A DNA stretch of 64,000 nt, taken from an uncultured delta proteobacterium. Its GTDB lineage: Bacteria; Myxococcota_A; Polyangia; Fen-1088. The notes below the pieces were generated by a model. It searched no databases. It worked only from the letters and a program-made list of their open reading frames with translations, and was not told the DNA's origin. Location of the stretch: the NCBI GenBank assembly GCA_963755125.1, contig CAVWIP010000018.1:128001-192000 (forward strand). The letters run 5' to 3'. This document shows positions 1-10,063 of this stretch, piece by piece. Position numbers and translations under genes: made by a program. Numbering within the stretch: the stretch's first letter is position 1; each line of letters starts with the position of its first letter.

Positions 1-1067
1 GCGGGCTGAGCCGGCTTCTCGACCGCCGCGGGCTGAGGCTTGGCGGGTTCCGCGGCTGCAGCGGGAAGGGCAGGCTTCTCACCGGTGGCGGGCGGTGACG
101 GCACAGCAGCCTTATCCGCCTCGATGATTGCCTTGACCGGAGCCCGCTGCTGCTCCGGAGCGGACTGCTTCTTGCCACCACCCACGAAGACGGCCACGCC
201 CGAAGCCACCAGCACCAGGACGCCCACGCCGCCAGCGGCAAGCAAGACCTTGCGCCGGCCTCCTCCTGAAGTGCCTTTCAGGCTTGCTACCAGCCCTACC
301 GAGGGCGCGGAGCCGGCCCATTCCGGAACCGCGTCGGAGGCCCCGGAAACCTCATCTCCCTGGAGCCCTCGGTCGCTGGCTCGCTCATCAGGTTGCTTAT
401 TCTCAGGCGTGGGCATGGCACCCGCTTCCGAGGCTGGCTCACCGGAGGGGGCCTCTGCCACAGCCGCAGCACCACCTGCGGATGGCGGGCCGCCCTCCGC
501 CGACATGTCTACATCCACACCACCGGAGTCGGGAGCGTTTGCATCGATCGCGAGCGGCTCCGGGTGGCGGGCAGCCACGTCGACCGGCTCGGGAGGGGGC
601 GGAACAATGGTCGGGGCCGTCGCGAATTCCGAGGTCGCGGTCCGACGCTTGGGCGCCGCCGCGACGCCGACCGCTGCTGGGAGCGCGGAAGCACCTCTCG
701 GTTCGGCGCCCGCTGGAGATGCGGCCGACTGGACCATGGCTGGAACTCGGCCGGCCGCAGAATTCGCATCCCTTGGGGTCACGGCCGGCGCCGACGTCGG
801 CGAGATGGGCATGGCAGGAGATGGCGTGCCCGGCCGCGAAGGCACGGGGGCGACGGGTGGAACGCCGGGCCTGCCAGGCAAGGGGCCACCCATCCACATG
901 AGGGTCTTGGCGGGCGAGGCCAGCTTGCTCACGGCCGGACTACCGGCCACGGACGCCGCCGTGACAATTGCTTTGCCACACGATTGGCAGAGGATGACCG
1001 GCCGTGTCGCTTCCGGCCTGGTGGCTGGAAGCGGGGCTTTGCAGTAGGGACAGTTTGATGGCGTCAT
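1..1067 (-). CDS. Zinc-ribbon, Pro/Ala-rich single-pass membrane protein (partial, runs off left edge)
   Basis: Read manually; not in the ORF track. ATG at 1067 overlaps the upstream TGA (ATGA). N-terminus MTPSNCPYCKAP...ILCQSCG has two CxxC motifs, followed by a long Pro/Ala region and a TM segment (VLLAAGGVGVLVLVASGVAVFV) near 185-250. Confidence 0.75.
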   Translation of the reverse strand, partial: MTPSNCPYCKAPLPATRPEATRPVILCQSCGKAIVTAASVAGSPAVSKLASPAKTLMWMGGPLPGRPGVPPVAPVPSRPGTPSPAMPISPTSAPAVTPRDANSAAGRVPAMVQSAASPAGAEPRGASALPAAVGVAAAPKRRTATSEFATAPTIVPPPPEPVDVAARHPEPLAIDANAPDSGGVDVDMSAEGGPPSAGGAAAVAEAPSGEPASEAGAMPTPENKQPDERASDRGLQGDEVSGASDAVPEWAGSAPSVGLVASLKGTSGGGRRKVLLAAGGVGVLVLVASGVAVFVGGGKKQSAPEQQRAPVKAIIEADKAAVPSPPATGEKPALPAAAAEPAKPQPAAVEKPAQP

Positions 1068-1795
1068 TTGGCAGGCAAAGCCGGTGGGGGTGGATAGACG
1101 ACCGTTGGCGCCGGTGCCGTCGTCGCCGGCACCGCTGCCGGAGTCGCAGGCGCCGCCGGTGCCGGTGCCGGTGAAGTGATCGCGTGTGGAGGAGACGGAG
1201 AAGGCGGCGAAGGTGTAGCCGGCGGAAGCGGAGGCGGCACGGTCGGGCCACCGTCCGAGAGAGCCCTGCCGACCAACCTATCGAGCGAGTCGTCCACCAC
1301 GTCGCTCTTGAAGACCTCCTCGGCACGGCTGATCAGCGTGCCCTTCTCGACGTCGAAGAGCAGGACGAGAATCTTGACTGGCCCCTTCTTCTTGCCCTTG
1401 TTGACCCGCTCCATCTCAGCCCACAAGAGACGGTCACCCCCCACCAACTTGGCCACCTTCGCGTAGCACTCGTCATTGGCCTGGGAACACTCAGCCTGCC
1501 CTTGCGCCGTTTCCATGCTTATCGCGGCGACTGCTCTCTCGTCCACACCGGGCACCTGGGCCTTGACCAGCCTCTCGTTGAGCGCGGTGGCGACGGCGGG
1601 CAGCAGGAACTTTTCGGCCGGCAGCAAGATGAGCTTCACCTTCTTGGGTGGCGGTGCCGGCGGCGGTGGTGGCGGCGGCGGCGGGGGAGCGACCTGGACC
1701 GGCGCCTCGGGACCGCGACGGGGAACGCAGGCGATGGGCGCGGTCAGAATCAGTCCGAACACCAGGAAGATCTTGGCAGTTGAGTTCACGGTCAT
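1064..1795 (-). CDS. Hypothetical lipoprotein with poly-Pro linker
   Basis: Hydrophobic signal then LTAPIAC lipobox, P-rich linker, globular domain with ECSQANDECYAKVAKLVGGDRLL, Pro-rich tail. Start chosen at MTVNS. Confidence 0.7.
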   Translation of the reverse strand: MTVNSTAKIFLVFGLILTAPIACVPRRGPEAPVQVAPPPPPPPPPPAPPPKKVKLILLPAEKFLLPAVATALNERLVKAQVPGVDERAVAAISMETAQGQAECSQANDECYAKVAKLVGGDRLLWAEMERVNKGKKKGPVKILVLLFDVEKGTLISRAEEVFKSDVVDDSLDRLVGRALSDGGPTVPPPLPPATPSPPSPSPPHAITSPAPAPAAPATPAAVPATTAPAPTVVYPPPPALPAK

Positions 1796-2000
1796 CTCCA
1801 AGGGCTGAATATACCCCCCATCCGTATCAGGGGGACCATCTGGATTGCCTTCTATCACCCCTGCCAGCGGCTGGCGTGGCTGGCATTATGGCAAGCTCGG
1901 GCGATCGATTCCAGTGATCCGCGCGGATGGCAATTCTCCGGGTCCCACGGCCATCCTCACCAGTTGCGCGAAAGCTCGATCTTCCTCCCTGAGAACCGCG

Positions 2001-2819
2001 CTATCGCGGCGGCGAAGCGAGCAACGCCCGCGCGTTTTCCCCGAGGAGACGGCGCTCGCGTTCTGGACCGAGATCCAGCGCCCGGGCCAGGCGGAGCGTC
2101 TCGGCCTGGCTGGTCCAGGGGGAGTCGCTACCGAAGAGAATGCGCTCTGCCGGGTGGGCGGTGAGCAACTCACGCCCTCGCTTCAGGCCGAGCCGCTCCA
2201 GTGACATGGAGATCTCCATGTATATGGGCTTGCCGAGCAGGTGGCGTTCAACTTCGTCCCAGTCGTCCCAGGCACCGATATGAGTCGACACGAATCTCAG
2301 GTTGGGAACCTTTTCGAGCAGGCGGACGATGCGCACGGGATCGGCCTTGCGATCCCGCGGAAATGCGAAGTCGAATCCCGTGTGGCAGACGACCAGCAAG
2401 CCCATCTGCTCCAGCACGCGAAAAAAATGAAAAAGTGCGGGGTCGTCGATTTCGAAGTCCTGGTAGTAGGGATGCAACTTGATGCCAAGCAGACCCGCTT
2501 GCGCCACCAACCGCGCCTTGCCCACCGGATCCGGTCCCTTGGGGTGGATCGAGGGAAGCGGGACAATTCTCGGTGAAGCGATCTGGCGGGACCAGTTGAG
2601 AATGGGCGCGAATTGGTCGGGTTTGGTCGCGATCGAGCACACCACCGCGCGCCCGATGCCTGCACTGTCCATGGACGCCAGCAAGGAAGAAACTGTCCCA
2701 TCGAGAAATGCCTTGGCGTTGCCTTCCTTTTCAAGGTGCGTGATGGCCCGCTCGGCCAGGCCGTCGGGGAACGCGTGTGCATGAAAATCAATGATTGCAT
2801 CCTGGGCTGGGTCGTTCAT
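2001..2819 (-). CDS. Amidohydrolase_2 family metal-dependent hydrolase
   Basis: IIDFHAHAF (HxH), GIKLHP, CHTG, THIG and ILFGSDSPW motifs. Confidence 0.9.
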   Translation of the reverse strand: MNDPAQDAIIDFHAHAFPDGLAERAITHLEKEGNAKAFLDGTVSSLLASMDSAGIGRAVVCSIATKPDQFAPILNWSRQIASPRIVPLPSIHPKGPDPVGKARLVAQAGLLGIKLHPYYQDFEIDDPALFHFFRVLEQMGLLVVCHTGFDFAFPRDRKADPVRIVRLLEKVPNLRFVSTHIGAWDDWDEVERHLLGKPIYMEISMSLERLGLKRGRELLTAHPAERILFGSDSPWTSQAETLRLARALDLGPERERRLLGENARALLASPPR

Positions 2820-3082
2820 GGCAATTCTCTCGATTCCGACTCACGCTCGCTGGGGCGTCAATCTCCTGCCGGTACTCGATGACAAAACCGTCATTGTCTT
2901 GACATCGCGCAATGGGCTAGTTCCTGTCCGCAGATCGATCTCCGGATACTTGTTTTCGGAAACTGCCATTCATTGGCCATGGTTTGCCATGCTGCATAGA
3001 GTTGATTCGTGTCCAAGCCCACGATATCGCTGAAGGCCAGGTTGTGCATGAGATTTGCTTACGATTGAGCATCGCGGATCCA

Positions 3083-3796
3083 ATGTCACCCAGCGGCAAA
3101 ACGGAGTTTCTGACCAGGTTCATCGCCTCGGCCAGGAGAAGGCTCGAACGGGCAGAGAAGCTCGTCGAATCTCCGGAGCACACAGACGGCAAGTCCTTGG
3201 CCGATGACATTCACTTGATCTGGGGCGAGGCCGCGATCCTGAACCTGCCCCAAATTGCAAAGATGGCCTCCAAGGCGGAGACAGCCGCCCGACTTCTTGG
3301 CGCGCAAGACACGGGCGCGACTCGGATGGCATGCACAGCCGCTATTCGCGCCGTGCGCGAAGGGCTGGACTTCCAAGAGGCAGGCCGGTCCACCGAGCCC
3401 GACCCGGAGAGCGAACGTCACCCTTGTCGCGTTCTTGTAGTGGACGACAGCGAATTCTCTGCGCGGGCGCTGTCGCGAGTCTTCGAGCGCAGCGGAATCG
3501 AGGCGCGCACGGCGACCACCATGAGCGAAGTGCTTGACCTGTGCACGACGTTCAAACCGAGCATCCTGGTTACCGACGTACACATGCCGGCCCTGGATGT
3601 GTCCGAACTTTGCGGTCTTTTTCGCGCCGCCAGCCAGGGCCGGCGCACGGGGATCGTTCTGGTTTCCGCACATTCGGAAAACGAGTTGCATGACTGCCTG
3701 CACGCCACGGGTGCCGACGACTTCGTTCCCAAGTGCGCCGGCACCAGTGCCGTGGTCAATCGCGTGCTGGCCCTGTCCGAGGACATCTCGGCCTAG
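3083..3796 (+). CDS. Hpt-like plus response regulator receiver protein
   Basis: [13 protein letters not shown] resembles the Hpt HxxKGxA motif; receiver motifs [19 protein letters not shown] and DDFVPK. Confidence 0.8.
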   Translation: MSPSGKTEFLTRFIASARRRLERAEKLVESPEHTDGKSLADDIHLIWGEAAILNLPQIAKMASKAETAARLLGAQDTGATRMACTAAIRAVREGLDFQEAGRSTEPDPESERHPCRVLVVDDSEFSARALSRVFERSGIEARTATTMSEVLDLCTTFKPSILVTDVHMPALDVSELCGLFRAASQGRRTGIVLVSAHSENELHDCLHATGADDFVPKCAGTSAVVNRVLALSEDISA

Positions 3797-4055
3797 CCCA
3801 ACTTCCGCAGTTCGAGGGTCAGGATTGATGGATTTCGCATAGTTAGGTCTTCTGGTTGGCCCGACATTTTGGGGCTCATGGAGGCTGTGCGGAGGCGTTC
3901 AGGAAGCCTCAGACCGAGGCCGGCCAGCAGACGCGCCTGGGCCTGGTCCGGTCGGACTACGCAGCGGATCCGAAGCTCGCGCCCGTCTGTGGTGGGCATG
4001 ACGATGTCGGCGCTGTTGATGCGCGCGAGTTCATCGAGGATGGTGCGCGGGCTTC
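3793..4055 (-). mobile_element. IS1634-family transposase C-terminal remnant with element end
   Basis: [54 protein letters not shown] resembles an IS1634 C-terminus; ends in AACTGCGGAAGTTGGGCTAG. Confidence 0.7.
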
Positions 4056-4180
4056 TTCCACGTCGAGAAGTAGTAGTAGAGCGCTTGCCATTTGGGCAGG
4101 TCATGCGGAATCAGTCGCCACGCACAACCACTGCGCAGGACATACCGAACGCCGTTCAGAATCTCCCGCCGTTCCCCGCG
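4056..4180 (-). mobile_element. IS5-family transposase N-terminal fragment
   Basis: [37 protein letters not shown] matches the IS5/IS1031-type N-terminal motif. Confidence 0.75.
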
Positions 4181-4203
4181 TCGATGGAGTCGCGAAGAGA
4201 CGA

Positions 4204-5280
4204 CTACTTGGCGAAGGTGATGCCGGTGATGCAGAGGCTGCTCACCGGGATCGCCGCAGATCCCGACGAGACCTGCACGCTGATCTTGTCGATGTTCGGC
4301 ACATCCGTAGCCGTGATGGCGGTGCCCGGCGACGCCGGGGTATAGCAAGTGGTGCTGAAGGAGGTGAGGGGCATGGCGGTGCCCGAGGTCAGTGTCGCGC
4401 AGTAGGACGTCGCATCCGCATCGCCCTTTCTATGAACCATGGCGCGCAGGCCAGAGCTAGGGGATCCGCTGACCGTTATGGTGACGCTCGAGAAGGACTG
4501 GCCGAGGCCACCAGACGGCGTGGTGTCGGTGGCGTTCACGCCAACCGAGACTCCCCAGTTGTTGGAGTAGTCGGTCGATGTCGGAGCCGCTGGCAGGGCA
4601 GGAACCGAGCCCGAGATGCAGAGGCCGGTGCCCGACCAGTTCGGATCGGCGGCGCAAGGAGCGGCGTTCGTGATGGCCGCCTTGTTCGCACCGCAGGTCG
4701 GGTCGCTGATGGTGTCAGAAACGCCGAGAGCAACCCAGCCGTAGCCGGTCATGGCGCCCGCGGCCTTGCCGCTGGCGAAGGTCACGGTGGTGCCGCTGGG
4801 GGCTACGCCGGTGGTGACGCCAGTCGTGCCCCCGGTCGGAGGCGAACTCGTGATCGGGGTGCTCGCATAGGTGTTCCCGCCACCGCTCGGTGTGCTGCTG
4901 CTCGCATAGGTGTTCCCGCCACCGCTCGGTGTGCTGCTGCTCGCATAGGTGTTCCCGCCGCCGCTCTGCGTGCTCCTGCTGGTGCTCGCATAGGTGTTTC
5001 CACCGCCGCTCGGTGTGCTGGTGCTCTCATAGGTGTTCCCACCGCCGCTCGGTGTGCTGCTGAAACTGGTGTTGCCGCCTGACGCCTCCGAGCTGTGCGA
5101 ACTGCTCGAGTTGCCGCCATTGCCGCCAGTAGAACTACTTCCTCCGCCCGAGCCACCCGTGTCGTCGGGCGAAGCGGGCAGGCAATTGGTCGTGCCGAGG
5201 AATAGCAATCCCACGCAGCAGACTCGTGCGAGAGCCCAGGCTACGCTACCAAACGATCGGCTGAAGTCTGTGTTGGTCAT
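4204..5280 (-). CDS. Lipoprotein: Ser/Thr/Gly repeat linker plus Cys-containing beta-rich (CBM-like) C-terminal domain
   Basis: RBS GAGAGGGA upstream; hydrophobic signal ending in a Cys (LGTTNC); STPSGGGNTYAS repeats; C-terminal domain with NWGV, HRKGD, YC and IDKISVQV. Confidence 0.8.
   Translation of the reverse strand: MTNTDFSRSFGSVAWALARVCCVGLLFLGTTNCLPASPDDTGGSGGGSSSTGGNGGNSSSSHSSEASGGNTSFSSTPSGGGNTYESTSTPSGGGNTYASTSRSTQSGGGNTYASSSTPSGGGNTYASSSTPSGGGNTYASTPITSSPPTGGTTGVTTGVAPSGTTVTFASGKAAGAMTGYGWVALGVSDTISDPTCGANKAAITNAAPCAADPNWSGTGLCISGSVPALPAAPTSTDYSNNWGVSVGVNATDTTPSGGLGQSFSSVTITVSGSPSSGLRAMVHRKGDADATSYCATLTSGTAMPLTSFSTTCYTPASPGTAITATDVPNIDKISVQVSSGSAAIPVSSLCITGITFAK
4861..5060. repeat. 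About 5 copies of a ~39-bp coding tandem repeat (STPSGGGNTYASS)
   Basis: GCTCGCATAGGTGTTCCCGCCACCGCTCGGTGTGCTGCT repeated with variants. Confidence 0.9.
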
Positions 5281-5529
5281 GGTTCCCTCTCTTGCCGCCA
5301 CATGGCTTGCAGCGGACTCTAGCCAAGTCTGAACGAGGCGTGCAACAACTCTCACAGCAGTTTGACGGGACTACAACCCAATTCAACACCAGCCCGAGCT
5401 CAATCGGGAATTACGCGGACGGACAAGCCCAAGTAACGGGAAAAAATGGCTTCGACCGCGAAGTTGAGAATTGGCCGCACCGCGATAACGCCGTTTGACG
5501 TGCCGGCGCAGTCCCGGCGGAAGCGAGGG

Positions 5530-8500
5530 TCACGTCGGCGCGTTCGCGAGAACCTGCTCGATCCGTTCCAGGCTGGCCGGCTTGGCTATGTGCTCGTCGA
5601 AACCCGCCTCCTTGGCCCGCGCCAGATCCTCGGGCAGGGCATAGCCGGTCAGGGCGACTAGGTAGGTGGAAGCCAGGGTCTGGTCGGCGCGCAACCTGCG
5701 GGCCACTTCATAGCCATCCATCCCGGGCAGACCGATGTCGCACAGGATCATGTGAGGTCGGAAGGCGCGCGACTTCTCCACGCCGTCACTGCCGCTGTTC
5801 GCGATCTCGACCGTGTGCCCACTGAATTCCAGCACCTCGCGCAGGCTCTCGGCCGCGTCGACGTTGTCCTCGATGACCAGCACCCGACGGGTGGAAGTCG
5901 TACGACCGCTGGCTGGCGTGACTTCGCTGCCGTTGGCCAGCTCCCGCAGCGGCAGCCGGACCGCGAACTCGGCGCCCTGGCCAGGCCCCGCGCTGTGGAC
6001 AGCGACGGAACCGCCGTGCAGTTCCACCAGGCCCTTGACCAGCGCCAGTCCCAGCCCCAGACCGCCGCGCGTGCGGTCGAGGGTGTTCTCGGCCTGAGTG
6101 AAGGGCTCGAAGACGTGCGCGAGCATCTCCGGGGTCAGGCCAACCCCGGTATCGCGTACCCGAAGCACAGCCGTGTCCTGATCTCTGGCCACCGACACCG
6201 AAGCGCGGCCACCCCGATCGCTGAACTTGGCCGCGTTGTGCAGCAGGTTGCCCAACACCTGACTGAGACGCGTGGCATCCCCGTCCACCCAAAGCCCGGC
6301 GTCGGAAACCGCGACTTCCAGCCCCAGCCCGTCGGCGGTGAAGAAAGATCGGTGATCATCGACGGTTCGCCTGACCAGGTCGCCCAGGTTGACCAGTTGC
6401 TTGCGCAACTGGATCTTGCCCTTGGAGATGCGCGTGATGTCCAGCAGGTCATCCACCAGCCGGGTCAGGTGCGCGGTCTGCCGGTCGATGGTGGCCTGTG
6501 CGCGCTTGGCCTGCTCGCTCCCCACTTCGGCACGTTCGAGCACGTACAGGCTGTTGCGGATGGGCGCCAGGGGATTGCGCAGCTCGTGGGAGAGCATGGC
6601 CAGAAATTCGTTCTTGCGCTGGTCGTCCTCTCGCAGGCGCTGGTTGGCCAGCCGCAGTTCCTTCACGATGGTTTCGAGCAAGTCGCCCTGGTCCTTCACC
6701 TGGCGCTCCGCCTGCCGTCGGGCCGTGACATCGCGGCCGTACACGCGCACGCGCCCGACCTCACGGATGAGGTGCAACGATTGCGCGTAGATCGTCTCAC
6801 CCACGGCCACGGTTCGCTCCACGGTCGTTTCTCGCTTGTCCCGCAGCGGCCGCACTGCCTCGTCCCAGTCCGCGAACCAGGGATGCGCAAGCCCCGTCGC
6901 CTCCAAATCGGGGAACAGCCTGCGCGCGGCCGGATTGACGTAGTGGATCTGCCCAGCCAGGCTGACCTCGGTGACGGGATGGGGATTGCGTTCCGGGAAA
7001 GACGCCAGCCAGTTGGCCCGCGCCTCTATCTGCCGCCGTTCGGTCATGTCGACGATCGACGACACCGCGCCGAGGAGCTCGCCACTGGGCCCGCGAATGG
7101 GAGCCGCGTTCACCGACACCCAGATGTCCCGGCCGGGGCGGTGGACGACCATGACGACGTTCTTGCTGACCTCGCCGCGCAAGGCCCGTGCTGGTGGGAC
7201 TTGGTCAGGCGCAAAGGGCGACCCGTCCTCCATGCCAAACGATATCGCGCGGACACGTTCCCCCATATCAGTCAGGGCTTGCTCGTTGGGCGTCCATTGC
7301 AGGATGTCTTGCGCCGCCTGATTGGCAAAGCGCTGCTGCCCGTCCGGGCCGTAGATCACCACGCCACTCGCCATCGACGACAGCGTCGCGTCCAGCTCGG
7401 CCGTGCGCCGCTGCATCTCCTCATTGGTCGAGATGAGCTCCTCGTTGGTCGAGATAAGCTCCTCGTTGGTCGAGATAAGCTCCTCGTTGGCTGACTTGAG
7501 TTCCTCGTTGGCTGACTCCAGACGCTCGATCGCGCCGCGCAGTTCGGCCCGGGTCATGCGCAGCTCGCTCTCGAGATCCTCGATGGCCGGAAGCTCCGGC
7601 GGCGGCGTGCTGGCCGCGTCGTTCTCGACCCTTTCCGAAGCGCCCGCCTCCTGGAGGACGACGAGATACAGGCCTGACGCACGGTCGAGTCCGGGCATCG
7701 GCCGCACGGTCAGGCGCACCCGACGCCGGGTTTCATCGATATCGACGCTCACGTCCTCGCGCACGACCTTGCAGTGATCCTTGGCGGCCGCGCGCAAGGC
7801 TGTGCGCAGCTCCAGGCGCAAATTGGCCGGGGCCGCATCGAGGATGTTCGCCGACGGCGGACCCGCAGGCGGCTGCAGGTAGCGGAATGGCCGGCCGGCG
7901 AGGAACAGGATGTCGCCGGACTCGTTGACCACCGCAGTGGGCGGAGCGTACTCGTCGAGCACCGCACGTTCAAACGCCGCACCCGCGTTGTCGCGTGTGG
8001 CATCCTTGCCCAATTCCTTGGCCCCGCTCGCGGGCAGCGAAGGCGAAGCACGCAAGGCCGCCCGGGTGGGGATGTCCAGCTCCACTGGACAAGGGGTTGC
8101 CGTATCCACACGACGAAAGATCCGGTGGCGCTGATCCACTGCCTCGAAAAGATCGGGCAGCGGTGCAATGTTCTCTGATGGTCCCAGGAAGAGACACCCG
8201 CTCGGCCGCAACGCGCGGTGAAGGATCGGGAGCAGTTTAGTCTGCAGATCTGCCGCCAGGTAGATGAAGACGTTGCGACAGGAGATGAGGTCGAGCTGGG
8301 TGAAAGCCGGATCGCGGACCAGGCTGTGCTGCGAGAAAATGCACATCTCGCGAAGCTCGTTGACCACCTGATACTCCGCGCCTTCGCGGGTGAAAAAGCG
8401 GGACAGCCGCTCGGGCGAGACACGCTCGGCAATGTCCGCAGTGTAACGGCCGCGGCGTGCTTCGGCCAGCAACTCGGCATCCAGGTCGGTGGCAAAGAGC

Positions 8501-8955
8501 TGGACCGAGCGCTGCACCCCGGCGCGTGCCATCTGTTCGCGCAGCAGGATGGCGAGCGAGTACGCCTCCTCGCCAGACGCGCAGCCCGGCACCCAGAGCC
8601 GAACGGACATCTCCGCCGGCCTGCCCTGGACCACGCCGGGCAGGACCTTCTGGGCCAGCACGTCGAAAGCCTCGCTGTCCCGGAAGAAATGCGTCACGCC
8701 GATGAGCAGTTCCTTGAACAGCGCCTGAGCCTCGGGCGGCTCCTCGGCCAAAAGCTTGACGTAGTCGGCAACCGAAGCCGCGTGAAGGGTCTGGATCCGC
8801 CGGCGAATCCGCCGCAGCACCGTGCCCTCTTTGTAGCCACTGAAATCGTGCCCGGTGTGCTTGCGCAGCAACGAGAAGATGGTGCCGAGATGAGCAGAGA
8901 TCTCCTGGTCCAGGCTGTCTGGACAGCTTCGCGTGTTCCCGTTGGCATTTTCCAT
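5530..8955 (-). CDS. Hybrid CheR methyltransferase-PAS-histidine kinase-receiver protein (no CheB domain)
   Basis: GHDFSGYK, LLIGVTHFFRD, WVPGCASGEEAYS and CRNVFIY (CheR); NEEL coiled coil; PAS segments; FLAMLSHELRNPL (H-box), NLLHNAAKF, DTGVG, GLGLGL; receiver IEDN, CDIGLP, LTGY. Confidence 0.92.
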   Translation of the reverse strand: MENANGNTRSCPDSLDQEISAHLGTIFSLLRKHTGHDFSGYKEGTVLRRIRRRIQTLHAASVADYVKLLAEEPPEAQALFKELLIGVTHFFRDSEAFDVLAQKVLPGVVQGRPAEMSVRLWVPGCASGEEAYSLAILLREQMARAGVQRSVQLFATDLDAELLAEARRGRYTADIAERVSPERLSRFFTREGAEYQVVNELREMCIFSQHSLVRDPAFTQLDLISCRNVFIYLAADLQTKLLPILHRALRPSGCLFLGPSENIAPLPDLFEAVDQRHRIFRRVDTATPCPVELDIPTRAALRASPSLPASGAKELGKDATRDNAGAAFERAVLDEYAPPTAVVNESGDILFLAGRPFRYLQPPAGPPSANILDAAPANLRLELRTALRAAAKDHCKVVREDVSVDIDETRRRVRLTVRPMPGLDRASGLYLVVLQEAGASERVENDAASTPPPELPAIEDLESELRMTRAELRGAIERLESANEELKSANEELISTNEELISTNEELISTNEEMQRRTAELDATLSSMASGVVIYGPDGQQRFANQAAQDILQWTPNEQALTDMGERVRAISFGMEDGSPFAPDQVPPARALRGEVSKNVVMVVHRPGRDIWVSVNAAPIRGPSGELLGAVSSIVDMTERRQIEARANWLASFPERNPHPVTEVSLAGQIHYVNPAARRLFPDLEATGLAHPWFADWDEAVRPLRDKRETTVERTVAVGETIYAQSLHLIREVGRVRVYGRDVTARRQAERQVKDQGDLLETIVKELRLANQRLREDDQRKNEFLAMLSHELRNPLAPIRNSLYVLERAEVGSEQAKRAQATIDRQTAHLTRLVDDLLDITRISKGKIQLRKQLVNLGDLVRRTVDDHRSFFTADGLGLEVAVSDAGLWVDGDATRLSQVLGNLLHNAAKFSDRGGRASVSVARDQDTAVLRVRDTGVGLTPEMLAHVFEPFTQAENTLDRTRGGLGLGLALVKGLVELHGGSVAVHSAGPGQGAEFAVRLPLRELANGSEVTPASGRTTSTRRVLVIEDNVDAAESLREVLEFSGHTVEIANSGSDGVEKSRAFRPHMILCDIGLPGMDGYEVARRLRADQTLASTYLVALTGYALPEDLARAKEAGFDEHIAKPASLERIEQVLANAPT

Positions 8956-9079
8956 TCGCGGCTGTCCACCTGTGAAGGCTGTCGGCAATGGATTGTGAAA
9001 GCTGGGGAAGCGAAACGCAAGCACGGGCACTGATCGGATGCGGGTTTCTCCTGAGCCAACAGGGGTGTAGAATCAGCCG

Positions 9080-10063
9080 GTGCCGATGAACATGCGCAAA
9101 GAGCTTCGGTCCGGGGCGATGCACGCGGTGTCTTGTCTTCTGGCCACGCTGGTTCTGATCCTCGCCAGCCCTGCCCGTGGCGACGAGAGCGCCACCGAAG
9201 AGGCCAGGCAGCACTACGAGACCGGCACAAAACAGTACGACCTGGGCCACTGGGACGAGTCGATCCGAGAGTTCGAGAAGGCCTACGAACTGCGGCCTGA
9301 CCCCAGCTTCCTCTACAATCTGGCGCAGGCCTACCGGCGCAAGGGTGATACCAAGCGGGCACTGGATCTGTATCGAAACTATCTGGTCAAGGTTCCCAAG
9401 ACCCCGCAGCGCGCCGAGATCGAGGAGAAGATCAAGAGCCTGCAGAAGCAGATCGACGACGCGGCCGCGGGCAGGACAGCCCCGCCCGCGCTGGAACCGA
9501 CGATCGCACCGCCTGCACAGCCTTCCGGTCCACCCATCGTTCCAGCCCCGGCAGAGGCGTCTGCGGCGTCTTCGCCGCCAACCGGACCCGCGCCGACCCC
9601 AGAGGCACAGTCTGCGACCACGCCGGCGTCGCCGCCGACCGAACCGCCCAGCCAGCCTGCTCCGGCGACCACCGGAACGACGAGCACGCCGGCCCCGACC
9701 GTGGCCGACGTCGCCGCCACTGAGCCAGCGCCGCGAGGGCGCGGGCTTCGCATCGCAGGCATTGTCACTGGTGCGGTCGGGGTCGTTTCCATCGCCATGG
9801 GTATCGTGTATGGGCTGAAAGCCCGATCTCTGTCGAACAAGGTCACCGACGCCGCCACGTTCAACCCGTCGGATGATTCCGCCGGCCTGCGAGATGTGAA
9901 ACTGCAGTGGGGCTTCTATGGCGCGGGCGTGGTCGTGGGCGCGGTCGGCGGCGTCCTCTATTACCTCGGCGTGCGAGCCGCACGGACGACGCCCTCGGGT
10001 GTGAGCGTGGGCCCTGTCCTGGGCCCCGGCACCGCCGGCGTCTCGGCCATGGGGGTGTTCTGA
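9080..10063 (+). CDS. Secreted TPR protein with Pro-rich linker and hydrophobic C-terminal region
   Basis: Signal peptide (ARG/DE); TPR-like EARQHYETG...FLYNLAQAYR; C-terminus VSVGPVLGPGTAGVSAMGVF. Confidence 0.85.
   Translation: MPMNMRKELRSGAMHAVSCLLATLVLILASPARGDESATEEARQHYETGTKQYDLGHWDESIREFEKAYELRPDPSFLYNLAQAYRRKGDTKRALDLYRNYLVKVPKTPQRAEIEEKIKSLQKQIDDAAAGRTAPPALEPTIAPPAQPSGPPIVPAPAEASAASSPPTGPAPTPEAQSATTPASPPTEPPSQPAPATTGTTSTPAPTVADVAATEPAPRGRGLRIAGIVTGAVGVVSIAMGIVYGLKARSLSNKVTDAATFNPSDDSAGLRDVKLQWGFYGAGVVVGAVGGVLYYLGVRAARTTPSGVSVGPVLGPGTAGVSAMGVF

Noticed and set aside
40..1047. Plus-strand ORFs at the window start
   Set aside because: Antisense shadows of the minus-strand zinc-ribbon membrane protein gene.
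2970..2992. TGGCCATGGTTTGC, sigma54-like
   Set aside because: GG-to-GC spacing is 9 nt rather than the required 10.
7420..7515. 21-bp tandem repeats (NEELIST)
   Set aside because: This is the normal heptad coiled coil of CheR/CheBR hybrids.
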